A stretch of DNA of 34,751 nt from a bacterium (GCA_046757165.1 JBHHXT010000035.1:1-34751), one strand, 5' to 3'; shown: positions 1-8,516, counted from the stretch's first letter. Numbers and translations: made by a program. The notes: generated by a model from the sequence alone, not told the origin.

Positions 1-121
1 AATCGCTCACCCATTCTGTCACAGGATAAGTTAACAATTTGTTTCTTAGATTCAACAGAAATGATACCCACACATTCATTTGAGGACGCAAGCTGCTGGT
101 ACCCTTCACGGTCCGACCCAC

Positions 122-138
122 TGTCTCACCATGCGACA
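122..138. promoter_or_regulatory. Putative enhancer-binding-protein (NtrC-family) site
   Basis: Imperfect inverted repeat TGTCTCA-CCA-TGCGACA (6/7 arm match), about 140 bp upstream of a -24/-12 element, which is typical UAS spacing. Confidence 0.35.
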
Positions 139-274
139 CCAAAATTTGTGTTCTGATCTCTTTTAAGACATCAGCGCTGTATGCCGATAACAGTATCGCC
201 GGCCACCTGTCGACTATGCCATTAAAATTAGAGTGTTACGGGTAAATAGTAAACAGACAAAAAGGAACGCTTAC

Positions 275-290
275 CGGTATAGTATTTGCA
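275..290 (+). promoter_or_regulatory. Putative sigma54 (-24/-12) promoter
   Basis: CGGTAT-AGTAT-TTGCA: GG(276-277)-N10-GC(288-289) with TTGCA at -12, about 75 nt before the ATG at 364. Confidence 0.5.
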
Positions 291-363
291 GAAACCCATC
301 GACTGTTTTTGAATGGCTCAATTCTCATGGATTGTGAATATTGGATTTAATTGGAGTACGCGA

Positions 364-2544
364 ATGCGGCGAAACTCTGGAGTCATTATCCCCTTCTTTC
401 TGGTTTTCTGGCTCATCCTGGGTTCCCAATCGGCACATGCATACATCGGACCAGGGGCGGGGTTTGCTTTCTTGACTTCTTTTCTGATGCTATTCGCCAG
501 TTTTTTTATGGCGTTTTTTACGTTGTTGACCTGGCCGTTGCGGGTCATCATTCGGTTCTTCAAGCGCCGCAAAGCGTTTGTGCATGCCAAAACAGACCGA
601 GTGGTAATTCTGGGTTTGGACGGACTGGAACCGACGATCACTGAGCGACTCTTGAAAGAAGGCAAGCTGCCGAATTTGCAAAAACTGCGTGAGCAGGGCT
701 CATACAGCCGTTTACAGACCACTTACCCGGCGATTTCTCCTGTGGCGTGGTCGGCGTTTTCTACCGGCGTCAATGCGGGGGGGCACAACATTTTTGATTT
801 TCTCTCGCGCCATAAACAGACGTATTTGCCTGAGCTTTCTTCCTCGAAGGTCGGGACACCGACGCGAAAAATCAGCATCGGACAATACGAGATTCCGCTC
901 GGCAAGCCGGTTGTGCGCTTCTTGCGCCGTAGCAAGAGTTTCTGGAAAATCCTCGGAGACCACGGCATTTTCAGTCACGTTTTGCGGGTGCCGATAACCT
1001 TCCCGCCCGAGAAAATCAATGGCGCCATGCTTTCGGCGATGTGCGCGCCCGATCTGTGGGGCACGCAAGGAACCTTCTCCCTGTTTACAACAGACGAGTC
1101 GATCGATCCTATCAAGGAAGGCGGAGACACTTCGATTGTCAAAAGAACAGGCAACCGCATCGAGGGCGCCATCAAGGGGCCGGAGAATTCTATCAAAAAG
1201 AGCAAGGAGCAAATCACGTTGCCCTTTGTCGCCCAGATTCTGAACGAGGATGAGGCGGAGCTCGTCATCGACAAACAGAAGATTCACCTGAAGAAAAACA
1301 CCTACACACAGTGGATCGAACTCAAGTTCAAGGCCGGCTTTGGTATCAAGGTCCAGGGGATTGCACGTTTCTACCTGTTGGACACCCGGCCTCATTTTCG
1401 GCTTTACATGACGCCGATCAATATCGATCCCGAGAATCCGGCTCTGCCGATTTCGTTTCCTTACTTTTACTCGGTCTATCTTGCCAAACTGTTCGGCAAG
1501 TATGCCACGCTCGGATTAGCGGAGGATACCTGGTCCTTGAACGAGGGCATCCTGAGCGAAGATGCTTTTTTGGAGCAGGCATATCTGATCCATGAGGAGC
1601 GCGAGAAACAATTCTTCCATGCGCTGGGCAAAACGAAGAAAGGGCTGTGCACGGTGGTCATCGATGCTACCGACCGTATTCAGCACATGTTCTTCAGAAC
1701 CCTGGAAGATGACCATCCGGCCAACCGGAACAAAGAAACGAAACGGTACAAACAAGTTATCGAAGACATGTACATCAAGATGGACGGGCTGGTCGGCCGA
1801 ACGATGGAGAAGATCAATCCTGGTGATGTTTTCATGGTCATTTCCGACCACGGTTTCAAGTCCTTCAGGCGGGGCATCAATTTGAATACCTGGCTCAAGG
1901 AGAACGGTTATTTGACGCTGGAGGCAGGCGTTGAGAAAACAGGCGAGTTCTTCCAGGGCGTGGATTGGACGAAGACCAGAGCCTACGCGTTTGGGCTGGC
2001 CGGCATCTACTTGAATGTCAAAGGTCGTGAGAAACATGGTATCGTTGCACCTGGCGCGGAGTATGAAAAGCTGAAATCCGAGCTGATCGAAAAACTGTCC
2101 GGATTGGTTGACCCGCAGAATGGTGAAGTGGCTATCACCGAAATGTACGACAGCCACAAGATCTACAGCGGACCGTATGTCAACGAGGGCCCGGATTTGA
2201 TCAGCGGGTACAACATCGGCTATCGTATCTCCTGGAACGGGGCCACCGGGGTCGTGGGCGATGTCGTTTTCGAGGACAATGTCAAGGCGTGGAGCGGTGA
2301 CCACTGTATCGATCCGAAACTGGTGCCGGGGGTAATTTTCAGCAACAAGAAGATCACGGCCAGGACCCCGGCTTTGATCGATATGGCGCCGACCGTGCTG
2401 GACTTGTTCGGCGTTCCCAAACCCGGGTACATGAAAGGCCAAAACGTGTTCGATGAAAGTCTCAACGGCGCAAATGGCCGAAATCAGATAGTCGATCGTG
2501 GTGAAAAGGTTGAAAACAGGGAGGTTGCACCTGTCAATGAATAG
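364..2544 (+). CDS. Alkaline phosphatase superfamily protein (type I phosphodiesterase/nucleotide pyrophosphatase), membrane-anchored
   Basis: Motifs ILGLDG, TTYPAISPVAW (Ser nucleophile position), DRIQH, SDHGF, WSGDH. Start moved from 313 to ATG 364 because GGAG lies 7 nt upstream. N-terminus is a signal peptide (SAHA), then YIGPGAG, a TM helix and RFFKRRK. Confidence 0.88.
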   Translation: MRRNSGVIIPFFLVFWLILGSQSAHAYIGPGAGFAFLTSFLMLFASFFMAFFTLLTWPLRVIIRFFKRRKAFVHAKTDRVVILGLDGLEPTITERLLKEGKLPNLQKLREQGSYSRLQTTYPAISPVAWSAFSTGVNAGGHNIFDFLSRHKQTYLPELSSSKVGTPTRKISIGQYEIPLGKPVVRFLRRSKSFWKILGDHGIFSHVLRVPITFPPEKINGAMLSAMCAPDLWGTQGTFSLFTTDESIDPIKEGGDTSIVKRTGNRIEGAIKGPENSIKKSKEQITLPFVAQILNEDEAELVIDKQKIHLKKNTYTQWIELKFKAGFGIKVQGIARFYLLDTRPHFRLYMTPINIDPENPALPISFPYFYSVYLAKLFGKYATLGLAEDTWSLNEGILSEDAFLEQAYLIHEEREKQFFHALGKTKKGLCTVVIDATDRIQHMFFRTLEDDHPANRNKETKRYKQVIEDMYIKMDGLVGRTMEKINPGDVFMVISDHGFKSFRRGINLNTWLKENGYLTLEAGVEKTGEFFQGVDWTKTRAYAFGLAGIYLNVKGREKHGIVAPGAEYEKLKSELIEKLSGLVDPQNGEVAITEMYDSHKIYSGPYVNEGPDLISGYNIGYRISWNGATGVVGDVVFEDNVKAWSGDHCIDPKLVPGVIFSNKKITARTPALIDMAPTVLDLFGVPKPGYMKGQNVFDESLNGANGRNQIVDRGEKVENREVAPVNE

Positions 2545-4519
2545 GGTCACAAGGAGTGTCTGGCTGTTGGCCGGACTGGTGGTGAGTCTTTCTTGCATAA
2601 TTTGGGGTGCTTTCGGCTGCGACCAGTCGAGCGCTGATTCTGTCAGCAAGAAAGTCATCGTGCTCGGATTCGATGGCGTCGATCCACAGCTTTTGTCAAA
2701 GTATATGGCAGAAGGCCGGCTGCCCAATTTCTCGAAACTGGCAAACGTTGGCGAGTTCAAAACGCTGGGGACGAGCATCCCGCCTCAGAGTCCGGTCGCG
2801 TGGTCGAATTTTATCACGGGCATGAATCCTGGCGGACACGGCATCTACGATTTCATTCACCGGGACCCGGAGCTGATGGTGCCGATTTCTTCCACGACCA
2901 GCTCAGAGGGCTCTGCGACAACGATCAAAATCGGGAAGTGGATCATTCCGTTGTCGAGCGGGCATGTCAAGAATCTTCGCCAGGGCAAGACATTTTGGAA
3001 TATCCTGGAAGACCACGATGTCCCGACGCTTGTCTTCAAGGTGCCAGCGAACTTCCCGCCCGTAAAGTCAAAGGGAAAGACGCTCAGCGGTATGGGCACG
3101 CCGGATTTGCTCGGCAGTTTTGGTACGTTTTCCTTTTACACCGATGACCCACCTCCGAATCGCGATGACATCTCGGGGGGGGTCGTGTTGCCGGTCACGC
3201 TGATCAATAACAGCTTCGAGGCCACGCTGATAGGCCCAAAGAATGCCTTCCTGGAGGGGGAGCCGGATGCGGTGATTCCCTTTAAGGTCTGGCGGGACCC
3301 CGAAAATCCAACCGTCAAGATTCAGATTCAAGAAGAACAGATCCTGCTGCAGGAGAAGGAGTGGAGCGACTGGATTCAGGTAGAGTTTGACCTGCTTCCG
3401 GCCGGACTGCAGTCCGTTTCCGGCATTTGTCGCTTTTACCTGAAAGAAGTGCGTCCGAAGATGAAGCTTTACGTGACGCCCGTTAATATCGATCCTTCTG
3501 AGCCGGCGTTGCCCGTTTCGACCCCGGAGGACTACGTCGAGGACCTGCACAAATGCTGCGGGTATTTCTATACCCAGGGGATGCCGGAGGACACCAAAGC
3601 GCTCTCCTGGGGGGTCTTCGACCATTATGATTTTCACAGCCAGAGCCAGAATGTGCTGCTGGAGCGACTGCGGCTGTTTGAGCATGTGTACCGCGAGTTC
3701 AATGAGGGCTTGATGTTCTTCTATTTCTCGAGCACCGATTTAACCGCACACATGTACTACAACATGATCGATCCAGACCATCCCTCCTATGAGCCGGAAC
3801 TGGCGCGTAGATACGGCGAGATCATCGCCTCGGTTTATGAGAGCGTCGACGGTGTGGTCGGCAGGGTACTCGGGTCTATCGATGACAACACGACATTGCT
3901 GGTCATGTCAGACCATGGCTTCGCCCCGTTCAGGCGGGCGGTGCACCTCAATACCTGGCTTTTGAACCAGGGCTACATTGCTCTGGTCGACACGAGCAAG
4001 CAGGCGGAAAGCGAATATTATCAAAACGTTGATTGGGGCCGGACGAAGGTTTACGGCCTCGGCTTTAATGGATTGTATGTAAATCTCCTGGGTCGTGAAA
4101 AGTACGGCATCGTCAAGTACAGCGAGAAAGACAAGTTGTTGGATGACATCTCTCAGAAGTTGCTGGCGTTGCGCGACCCGGCGAATGGCAACAGAATCGT
4201 GGACCGCGTCTATCGGGCACAGGATATCTATTCCGGAAAAAACATTCGGTATGCTCCGGATTTGGTCATTGGCTACAACCGCGGCTATCGTGCTTCCTGG
4301 GAGACCACCATTGGCACCTTCCCCAAAGGGTGGATTTCCGACAACCTGGATCCGTGGAGCGGGGACCATTGTATGGCGGCGGAGCTGGTGCCCGGTATTT
4401 TTCTTTCGAACAGGAAGATCAAGGCAGACGCTCCAAAGTTGTACGACATGGCGCCAACGATCCTGGCTGAGTTCGGGATTAAACAGACGGATGAGATGGT
4501 GGGTGAGCCGATTTTTTAG
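2537..4519 (+). CDS. Alkaline phosphatase superfamily protein (NPP-type), probable lipoprotein; paralogue of the upstream gene
   Basis: Motifs VLGFDG, TSIPPQSPVAW, DLTAH, SDHGF, WSGDH, collinear with gene 364-2544. ATG 2537 overlaps the upstream stop, with GGGAGG upstream. Hydrophobic leader ends in AFGC. Confidence 0.88.
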   Translation: MNRVTRSVWLLAGLVVSLSCIIWGAFGCDQSSADSVSKKVIVLGFDGVDPQLLSKYMAEGRLPNFSKLANVGEFKTLGTSIPPQSPVAWSNFITGMNPGGHGIYDFIHRDPELMVPISSTTSSEGSATTIKIGKWIIPLSSGHVKNLRQGKTFWNILEDHDVPTLVFKVPANFPPVKSKGKTLSGMGTPDLLGSFGTFSFYTDDPPPNRDDISGGVVLPVTLINNSFEATLIGPKNAFLEGEPDAVIPFKVWRDPENPTVKIQIQEEQILLQEKEWSDWIQVEFDLLPAGLQSVSGICRFYLKEVRPKMKLYVTPVNIDPSEPALPVSTPEDYVEDLHKCCGYFYTQGMPEDTKALSWGVFDHYDFHSQSQNVLLERLRLFEHVYREFNEGLMFFYFSSTDLTAHMYYNMIDPDHPSYEPELARRYGEIIASVYESVDGVVGRVLGSIDDNTTLLVMSDHGFAPFRRAVHLNTWLLNQGYIALVDTSKQAESEYYQNVDWGRTKVYGLGFNGLYVNLLGREKYGIVKYSEKDKLLDDISQKLLALRDPANGNRIVDRVYRAQDIYSGKNIRYAPDLVIGYNRGYRASWETTIGTFPKGWISDNLDPWSGDHCMAAELVPGIFLSNRKIKADAPKLYDMAPTILAEFGIKQTDEMVGEPIF

Positions 4520-4634
4520 ACCTGCCAACGCTCTCGTCTAACAATATTCTGAACCTTTGCTGCTGGCCCGCGGGCACAACAGCAGGGCTGAAACGAGGAC
4601 AAAACAGACTGTTCGAACAAGTGAGGAGAACTCG

Positions 4635-4826
4635 ATGTTAGGACCAAAAATCAAATTGGAAAAGGAACTCTATGACCGTGTGAAAAAATTTTCCGAGGTG
4701 GCGGGCTACTCCTCTGTTGAGGAATTTATCACACATATTCTGGAAAAAGAGCTTTCGTCGGTAGATGAAACAGAAAGCGAGGACGAAATCAAAAAACGGT
4801 TGCAAGGCCTGGGATACTTATCGTAG
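4635..4826 (+). CDS. Small ribbon-helix-helix (CopG-like) protein with C-terminal RLxxLGY motif
   Basis: GAGGAG RBS before ATG 4635. The 63-aa product MLGPKIKLEKELYDRVKKFSEVAGYSSVEEFITHILEKEL...EDEIKKRLQGLGYLS fits a strand-helix-helix pattern plus an acidic linker and LGY tail. Confidence 0.8.
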   Translation: MLGPKIKLEKELYDRVKKFSEVAGYSSVEEFITHILEKELSSVDETESEDEIKKRLQGLGYLS

Positions 4827-4859
4827 AAGACGCAGGGACGCAGGAAAGGCGCAACAAAC

Positions 4860-5681
4860 ATGGATTTGATCAACAAAATACTGAGTTCAGTCTTTAACAT
4901 TTTGTTTCTGCCGTTCAAGAACGTTGACCCGGTTTGGGCCATGCTGGCAATCTCTGCGGTAACCGGCGTTGTCATGCTGCTGGTTTTCAAGGCGACCTCA
5001 GACCAGGCCGGAATCAAACGAGCCAAGAATCTGGTCAAGGGGCACTTTCTTGCCATCCGGCTCTACAAGGATGATATCGGTCTGATGCTGGACACGATGA
5101 AGAATATCATCTCGAGTAACCTGCTCTACATGAAGCAGTCGTTGCGGCCGATGTTGTTTCTGATGGTGCCGGTTGGCATCGTCCTGATTCAGCTCGGCAT
5201 TCGCTACGAGTTTCGCCCGCTGAGAACGGGCGAAAGGGTGGTGGTCACGCTAGGTGTGGCCGATGACTCGGTCGAGCTCAGCGAAGTGGAGCTGATACTG
5301 CCTGCCGGTCTGGTTGCGGAGATGCCGCCTGTACGCATCGAGCAGGTGCGGGAGGTCAACTGGCGGATCAGGGCAGAGAAGGCTGGTGTGTTCACCCTGT
5401 CCTTCAAGTACGGCGACAAAGTGGTCGAGAAGCGCTTGCAGATCGTGGATTCGCTTGTTCCAATCACGGCACAAATAGCGAGTCATGACCTGGGAATCAC
5501 GCTGATGAATCCGGCAGAGGCCAGTCTGCCGAGCGGCTCGTTTGCCTCGGTGGTTTCAATTTTATACCCGAAAAGAGAGGCTGAGTTTTGGGGCATCACC
5601 ATGCATTGGTTGGTTGCCTTTTTTGTTTTTAGCCTGATTGTGGCCTTCGGGCTCAAAGGCACCCTTGGCGTCGAGGTTTAG
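4860..5681 (+). CDS. Membrane protein resembling DUF106/EMC3/TMCO1 (Oxa1 superfamily) with inserted extracytoplasmic beta domain
   Basis: Amphipathic N-helix, TM1, FKATSDQ plus helical hairpin, YMKQSLRPML leading into TM2, a ~130-aa beta-rich insert, then a C-terminal TM HWLVAFFVFSLIVAFGLK. Family recognised by eye. Confidence 0.65.
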   Translation: MDLINKILSSVFNILFLPFKNVDPVWAMLAISAVTGVVMLLVFKATSDQAGIKRAKNLVKGHFLAIRLYKDDIGLMLDTMKNIISSNLLYMKQSLRPMLFLMVPVGIVLIQLGIRYEFRPLRTGERVVVTLGVADDSVELSEVELILPAGLVAEMPPVRIEQVREVNWRIRAEKAGVFTLSFKYGDKVVEKRLQIVDSLVPITAQIASHDLGITLMNPAEASLPSGSFASVVSILYPKREAEFWGITMHWLVAFFVFSLIVAFGLKGTLGVEV

Positions 5682-5698
5682 GTTACCACAGCAGCACA

Positions 5699-5721
5699 GC
5701 TCAGGCTGAAGAAGCCTGAGC
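5699..5721. terminator. Stem-loop (possible weak terminator or processing/stability hairpin)
   Basis: GCTCAGGCT-GAAGA-AGCCTGAGC, a perfect 9-bp stem just after the stop at 5681. The U-tract is poor. Confidence 0.4.
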
Positions 5722-5770
5722 ATTCTGATTGTGAATGCGGAGTTGAGACGATTGCAGACAAAGGAGCGAC

Positions 5771-6655
5771 ATGAGCTACACGTTACTTTCTTTCAAGACG
5801 AGTGAAGAGCATGATCTCGAGCAATGGAATGACCGCAGCCTGGAAGGTGAGCTGCAGAGTTTCGAGGGACGGACACTAGTTCGTATCTTTGATCAATTTC
5901 TGGGGAGCTCCAACGCACGCATCCTGGAAGGCGGGTGTGGCTTTGGCGCCTGGTGTGAGTGGTTCCGTAAGCGGGGACATGAGATCGTCGGGATTGAGTA
6001 CGACAAAGACATCGTTGCGCAGGCGAGGAAATTCAAGCCGGATGTGGCGGTAGAGCTGGGCGACATCACCCGCCTTGATTATCCCGACAACTCCTTCGAT
6101 GCGTACATTTCTCTGGGGGTCATCGAACATTTCGAGCACGGCCCTGAACAAGCCCTGCGAGAAGCCCATCGTGTTCTCAAACCGGGTGGTCTGGTTTTTA
6201 TCACCACGCCATGGCTCACGGTGTTGCGAAGATCTATTGCTCACCCAATCCGGAATCTATATTTTCTCAAGAGAAAACTGAAACGCCAGCCCAACTACTT
6301 CTGGGAATATCGCTTTACGAAGATGGAACTACGGACCTATCTGGAGAAAGCAGGGTTCGAAATCATTCATGAGGACATCGACGATTATGAATCGGATGTC
6401 GATGATCGTCACATCGGACTTTGGGCGGATTGGTTTTTCTTGCGCAAACAAGGTGGCGAAATTTGGGAGTTAGACAAGGCAGGGAGATTTGTCTTGAAGG
6501 GGTTGAAGCTGCTCTTTCCGGCGTCCTGGTTTTGCTCCGGGCTGCATCTTGTCGCCAGAGCGAAGAAAGAAGTCGTCACGTCGTCTGCCGAGGAGACGAG
6601 CAACGACGGCAGGGATGGAGAAAATATCAAGACATCTATTGAAAAAGTCGCTTGA
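5771..6655 (+). CDS. Class I SAM-dependent methyltransferase
   Basis: ILEGGCGFG motif I, GDITRLDYPDNSFD, GVIEH, RVLKPGG. AAGGAG RBS. Confidence 0.9.
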   Translation: MSYTLLSFKTSEEHDLEQWNDRSLEGELQSFEGRTLVRIFDQFLGSSNARILEGGCGFGAWCEWFRKRGHEIVGIEYDKDIVAQARKFKPDVAVELGDITRLDYPDNSFDAYISLGVIEHFEHGPEQALREAHRVLKPGGLVFITTPWLTVLRRSIAHPIRNLYFLKRKLKRQPNYFWEYRFTKMELRTYLEKAGFEIIHEDIDDYESDVDDRHIGLWADWFFLRKQGGEIWELDKAGRFVLKGLKLLFPASWFCSGLHLVARAKKEVVTSSAEETSNDGRDGENIKTSIEKVA

Positions 6656-6667
6656 TTGAGTTATATT
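6639..6667 (+). promoter_or_regulatory. Putative sigma70-type internal promoter for sat-cysC
   Basis: TTGAAA(6639-6644)-N17-TATATT(6662-6667) in an AT-rich patch about 50 nt upstream of sat. Confidence 0.45.
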
Positions 6668-6715
6668 TATTGATTTTATGTTATCACCGAACCAATCACA
6701 AAAGGGAACAAGCTT

Positions 6716-7879
6716 ATGGATTTAGTCGCGCCACACGGCGGGAAGCTCATCGACCGCGTACTCAAGGGGGATGAGCGTGCAGCCGCTATCGAGAAGAGCA
6801 AGAGTTTACGAAAGCTACCGTTGAATGCCACCTCGGTTTCTGACCTGGAGCTTATTTCGATCGGGGCGTGCAGTCCCCTGACCGGATTCATGAAAAAGGC
6901 AGATTACGAGAGTGTTGTCGAGAATATCAGATTGGCGAACGGCATCGTATGGTCTATCCCAATTACGCTGGCCGTCTCCCGGTCATTTGCCGATGAGCTG
7001 AAAGATGGGGAAGAAATCCTGCTCACGACCGAAGGGGACACGCCGCTGGCCATCATGAGGGTGGAAGAGAGATTTACCTATGACAAGGAGCGGGAGGCGA
7101 AAAAAGTCTACAAAACCACCGAGGAGGCGCATCCGGGTGTGGCCAGGCTGCTCAGACAGGGCGAGGTTCTGCTTGGCGGCGATATCCAGCTCATCAACCA
7201 TGTGCCCGACCTGCCGTTCGAGGATTTTCGCCATGAGCCGGCGGTGACCAGGCGGCTTTTCAAGGAGCGTGGTTGGAAGACTGTGGTCGCTTTCCAGACA
7301 CGCAACCCGATTCACAGGGCGCACGAGTATCTGACCAAAGTTGCGCTCGAAAGCGTGGACGGTTTGCTCATTCATCCGCTCGTCGGCGAAACGAAATCCG
7401 ACGACATTCCCTCCGATGTGCGCATGCAGTGCTACAAGATCATGATGGAACAGTACTACAACCCGAAGCGGGTCATGTTGAGTGTGTTCCCTGCCGCGAT
7501 GCGGTACGCGGGTCCACGCGAGGCGATTTTCCACGCGATGGTGCGCAAGAACTATGGCTGCAGCCACCTGATCGTCGGTCGGGACCATGCTGGCGTTGGC
7601 AGCTACTATGGCACGTACGAGGCACAGGAGGTTTTCGAGCAATTCACACCCGATGAGCTGGGCATTGTGCCGCTGAAATTCGAGCACGCGTTTTATTGCA
7701 AGCGCACCAGACAGATGGCGACGGACAAGACGAGCCCCTCGTCCGAACCGCATGAGCGGTTGTTCCTGAGCGGCACGAAGGTTCGGGAAATGCTCTCTCG
7801 GGGTGAGCTCCCCCCTGAGGAGTTCACGCGGCCGGAGGTGGCAAAAGTTCTGATCGAGAGCTACAAGCGTAAGAGTTAG
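6716..7879 (+). CDS. sat: Sulfate adenylyltransferase (ATP sulfurylase)
   Basis: PHGGKL, AFQTRNPIHRAHEY, MRYAGPREA, IVGRDHAGVG, LSGTKVREML motifs. Confidence 0.97.
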   Translation: MDLVAPHGGKLIDRVLKGDERAAAIEKSKSLRKLPLNATSVSDLELISIGACSPLTGFMKKADYESVVENIRLANGIVWSIPITLAVSRSFADELKDGEEILLTTEGDTPLAIMRVEERFTYDKEREAKKVYKTTEEAHPGVARLLRQGEVLLGGDIQLINHVPDLPFEDFRHEPAVTRRLFKERGWKTVVAFQTRNPIHRAHEYLTKVALESVDGLLIHPLVGETKSDDIPSDVRMQCYKIMMEQYYNPKRVMLSVFPAAMRYAGPREAIFHAMVRKNYGCSHLIVGRDHAGVGSYYGTYEAQEVFEQFTPDELGIVPLKFEHAFYCKRTRQMATDKTSPSSEPHERLFLSGTKVREMLSRGELPPEEFTRPEVAKVLIESYKRKS

Positions 7880-7925
7880 TGCAACGAACGATGAAACCTG
7901 ATAACGTCGGAGGTTAAGAAGTCAA

Positions 7926-8516
7926 ATGGCAAATTCTGAAAAAGCATGCACCGTCTGGTTTACAGGGTTACCGTCTTCCGGAAAATCAACCCTGGCAGTT
8001 CTGCTGGAAAAAGAAATCAAGAAACGCGGCCGCAACGTCGAAGTTCTCGACGGCGATGTTGTCAGAACCAATCTGAGCAAGGGTCTCGGGTTTAGCAAAG
8101 AGGACCGGGACACGAACATAAAACGCATTGGGTTTGTCTGCCATCTTCTGTCTCGCAACGGCACGTTTGCGATTTCTGCTGCGATTTCACCCTACAAAGA
8201 GGTGCGAGACGAAGTGCGCGAAATGATTGGCAGCTTTGTCGAAGTGTTTGTGGATTGCCCGGTTGAAGAGTGCATCAAACGCGATGTCAAGGGGCTCTAC
8301 AAAAAAGCGCTGGCTGGCGAAATCAAGGAGTTCACCGGGGTTTCGGATCCGTATGAGCCCCCTGTAAACCCGGAGGTGGCCGTCAAAACTGCGAACGAGG
8401 AGCCGCAGGAAAGCATGCAGAAGATCGTGGCCAGGTTGGAGGAGCTGGGCTACCTGGCGAAAAACGGCATTGCCGAAACCGTGGCAACGGATGCGAACGT
8501 GACTGCTGTTGAATGA
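7926..8516 (+). CDS. cysC: Adenylyl-sulfate (APS) kinase
   Basis: [13 protein letters not shown]-loop, [44 protein letters not shown]. Confidence 0.97.
   Translation: MANSEKACTVWFTGLPSSGKSTLAVLLEKEIKKRGRNVEVLDGDVVRTNLSKGLGFSKEDRDTNIKRIGFVCHLLSRNGTFAISAAISPYKEVRDEVREMIGSFVEVFVDCPVEECIKRDVKGLYKKALAGEIKEFTGVSDPYEPPVNPEVAVKTANEEPQESMQKIVARLEELGYLAKNGIAETVATDANVTAVE

Noticed and set aside
1516..2778. 420-aa minus-strand ORF (also 712-1395, 3068-3685, 3908-4528)
   Set aside because: Antisense shadows of the motif-bearing AlkP genes, with no recognisable domains.
364..4519. Calling the two AlkP proteins formylglycine sulfatases
   Set aside because: No C/S-x-P-x-R signature and no maturase gene. 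The motifs are NPP/phosphodiesterase type.
4557..4634. N-terminal extension of the small protein given by the ORF track
   Set aside because: TTG start without an RBS. A strong GAGGAG precedes ATG 4635.
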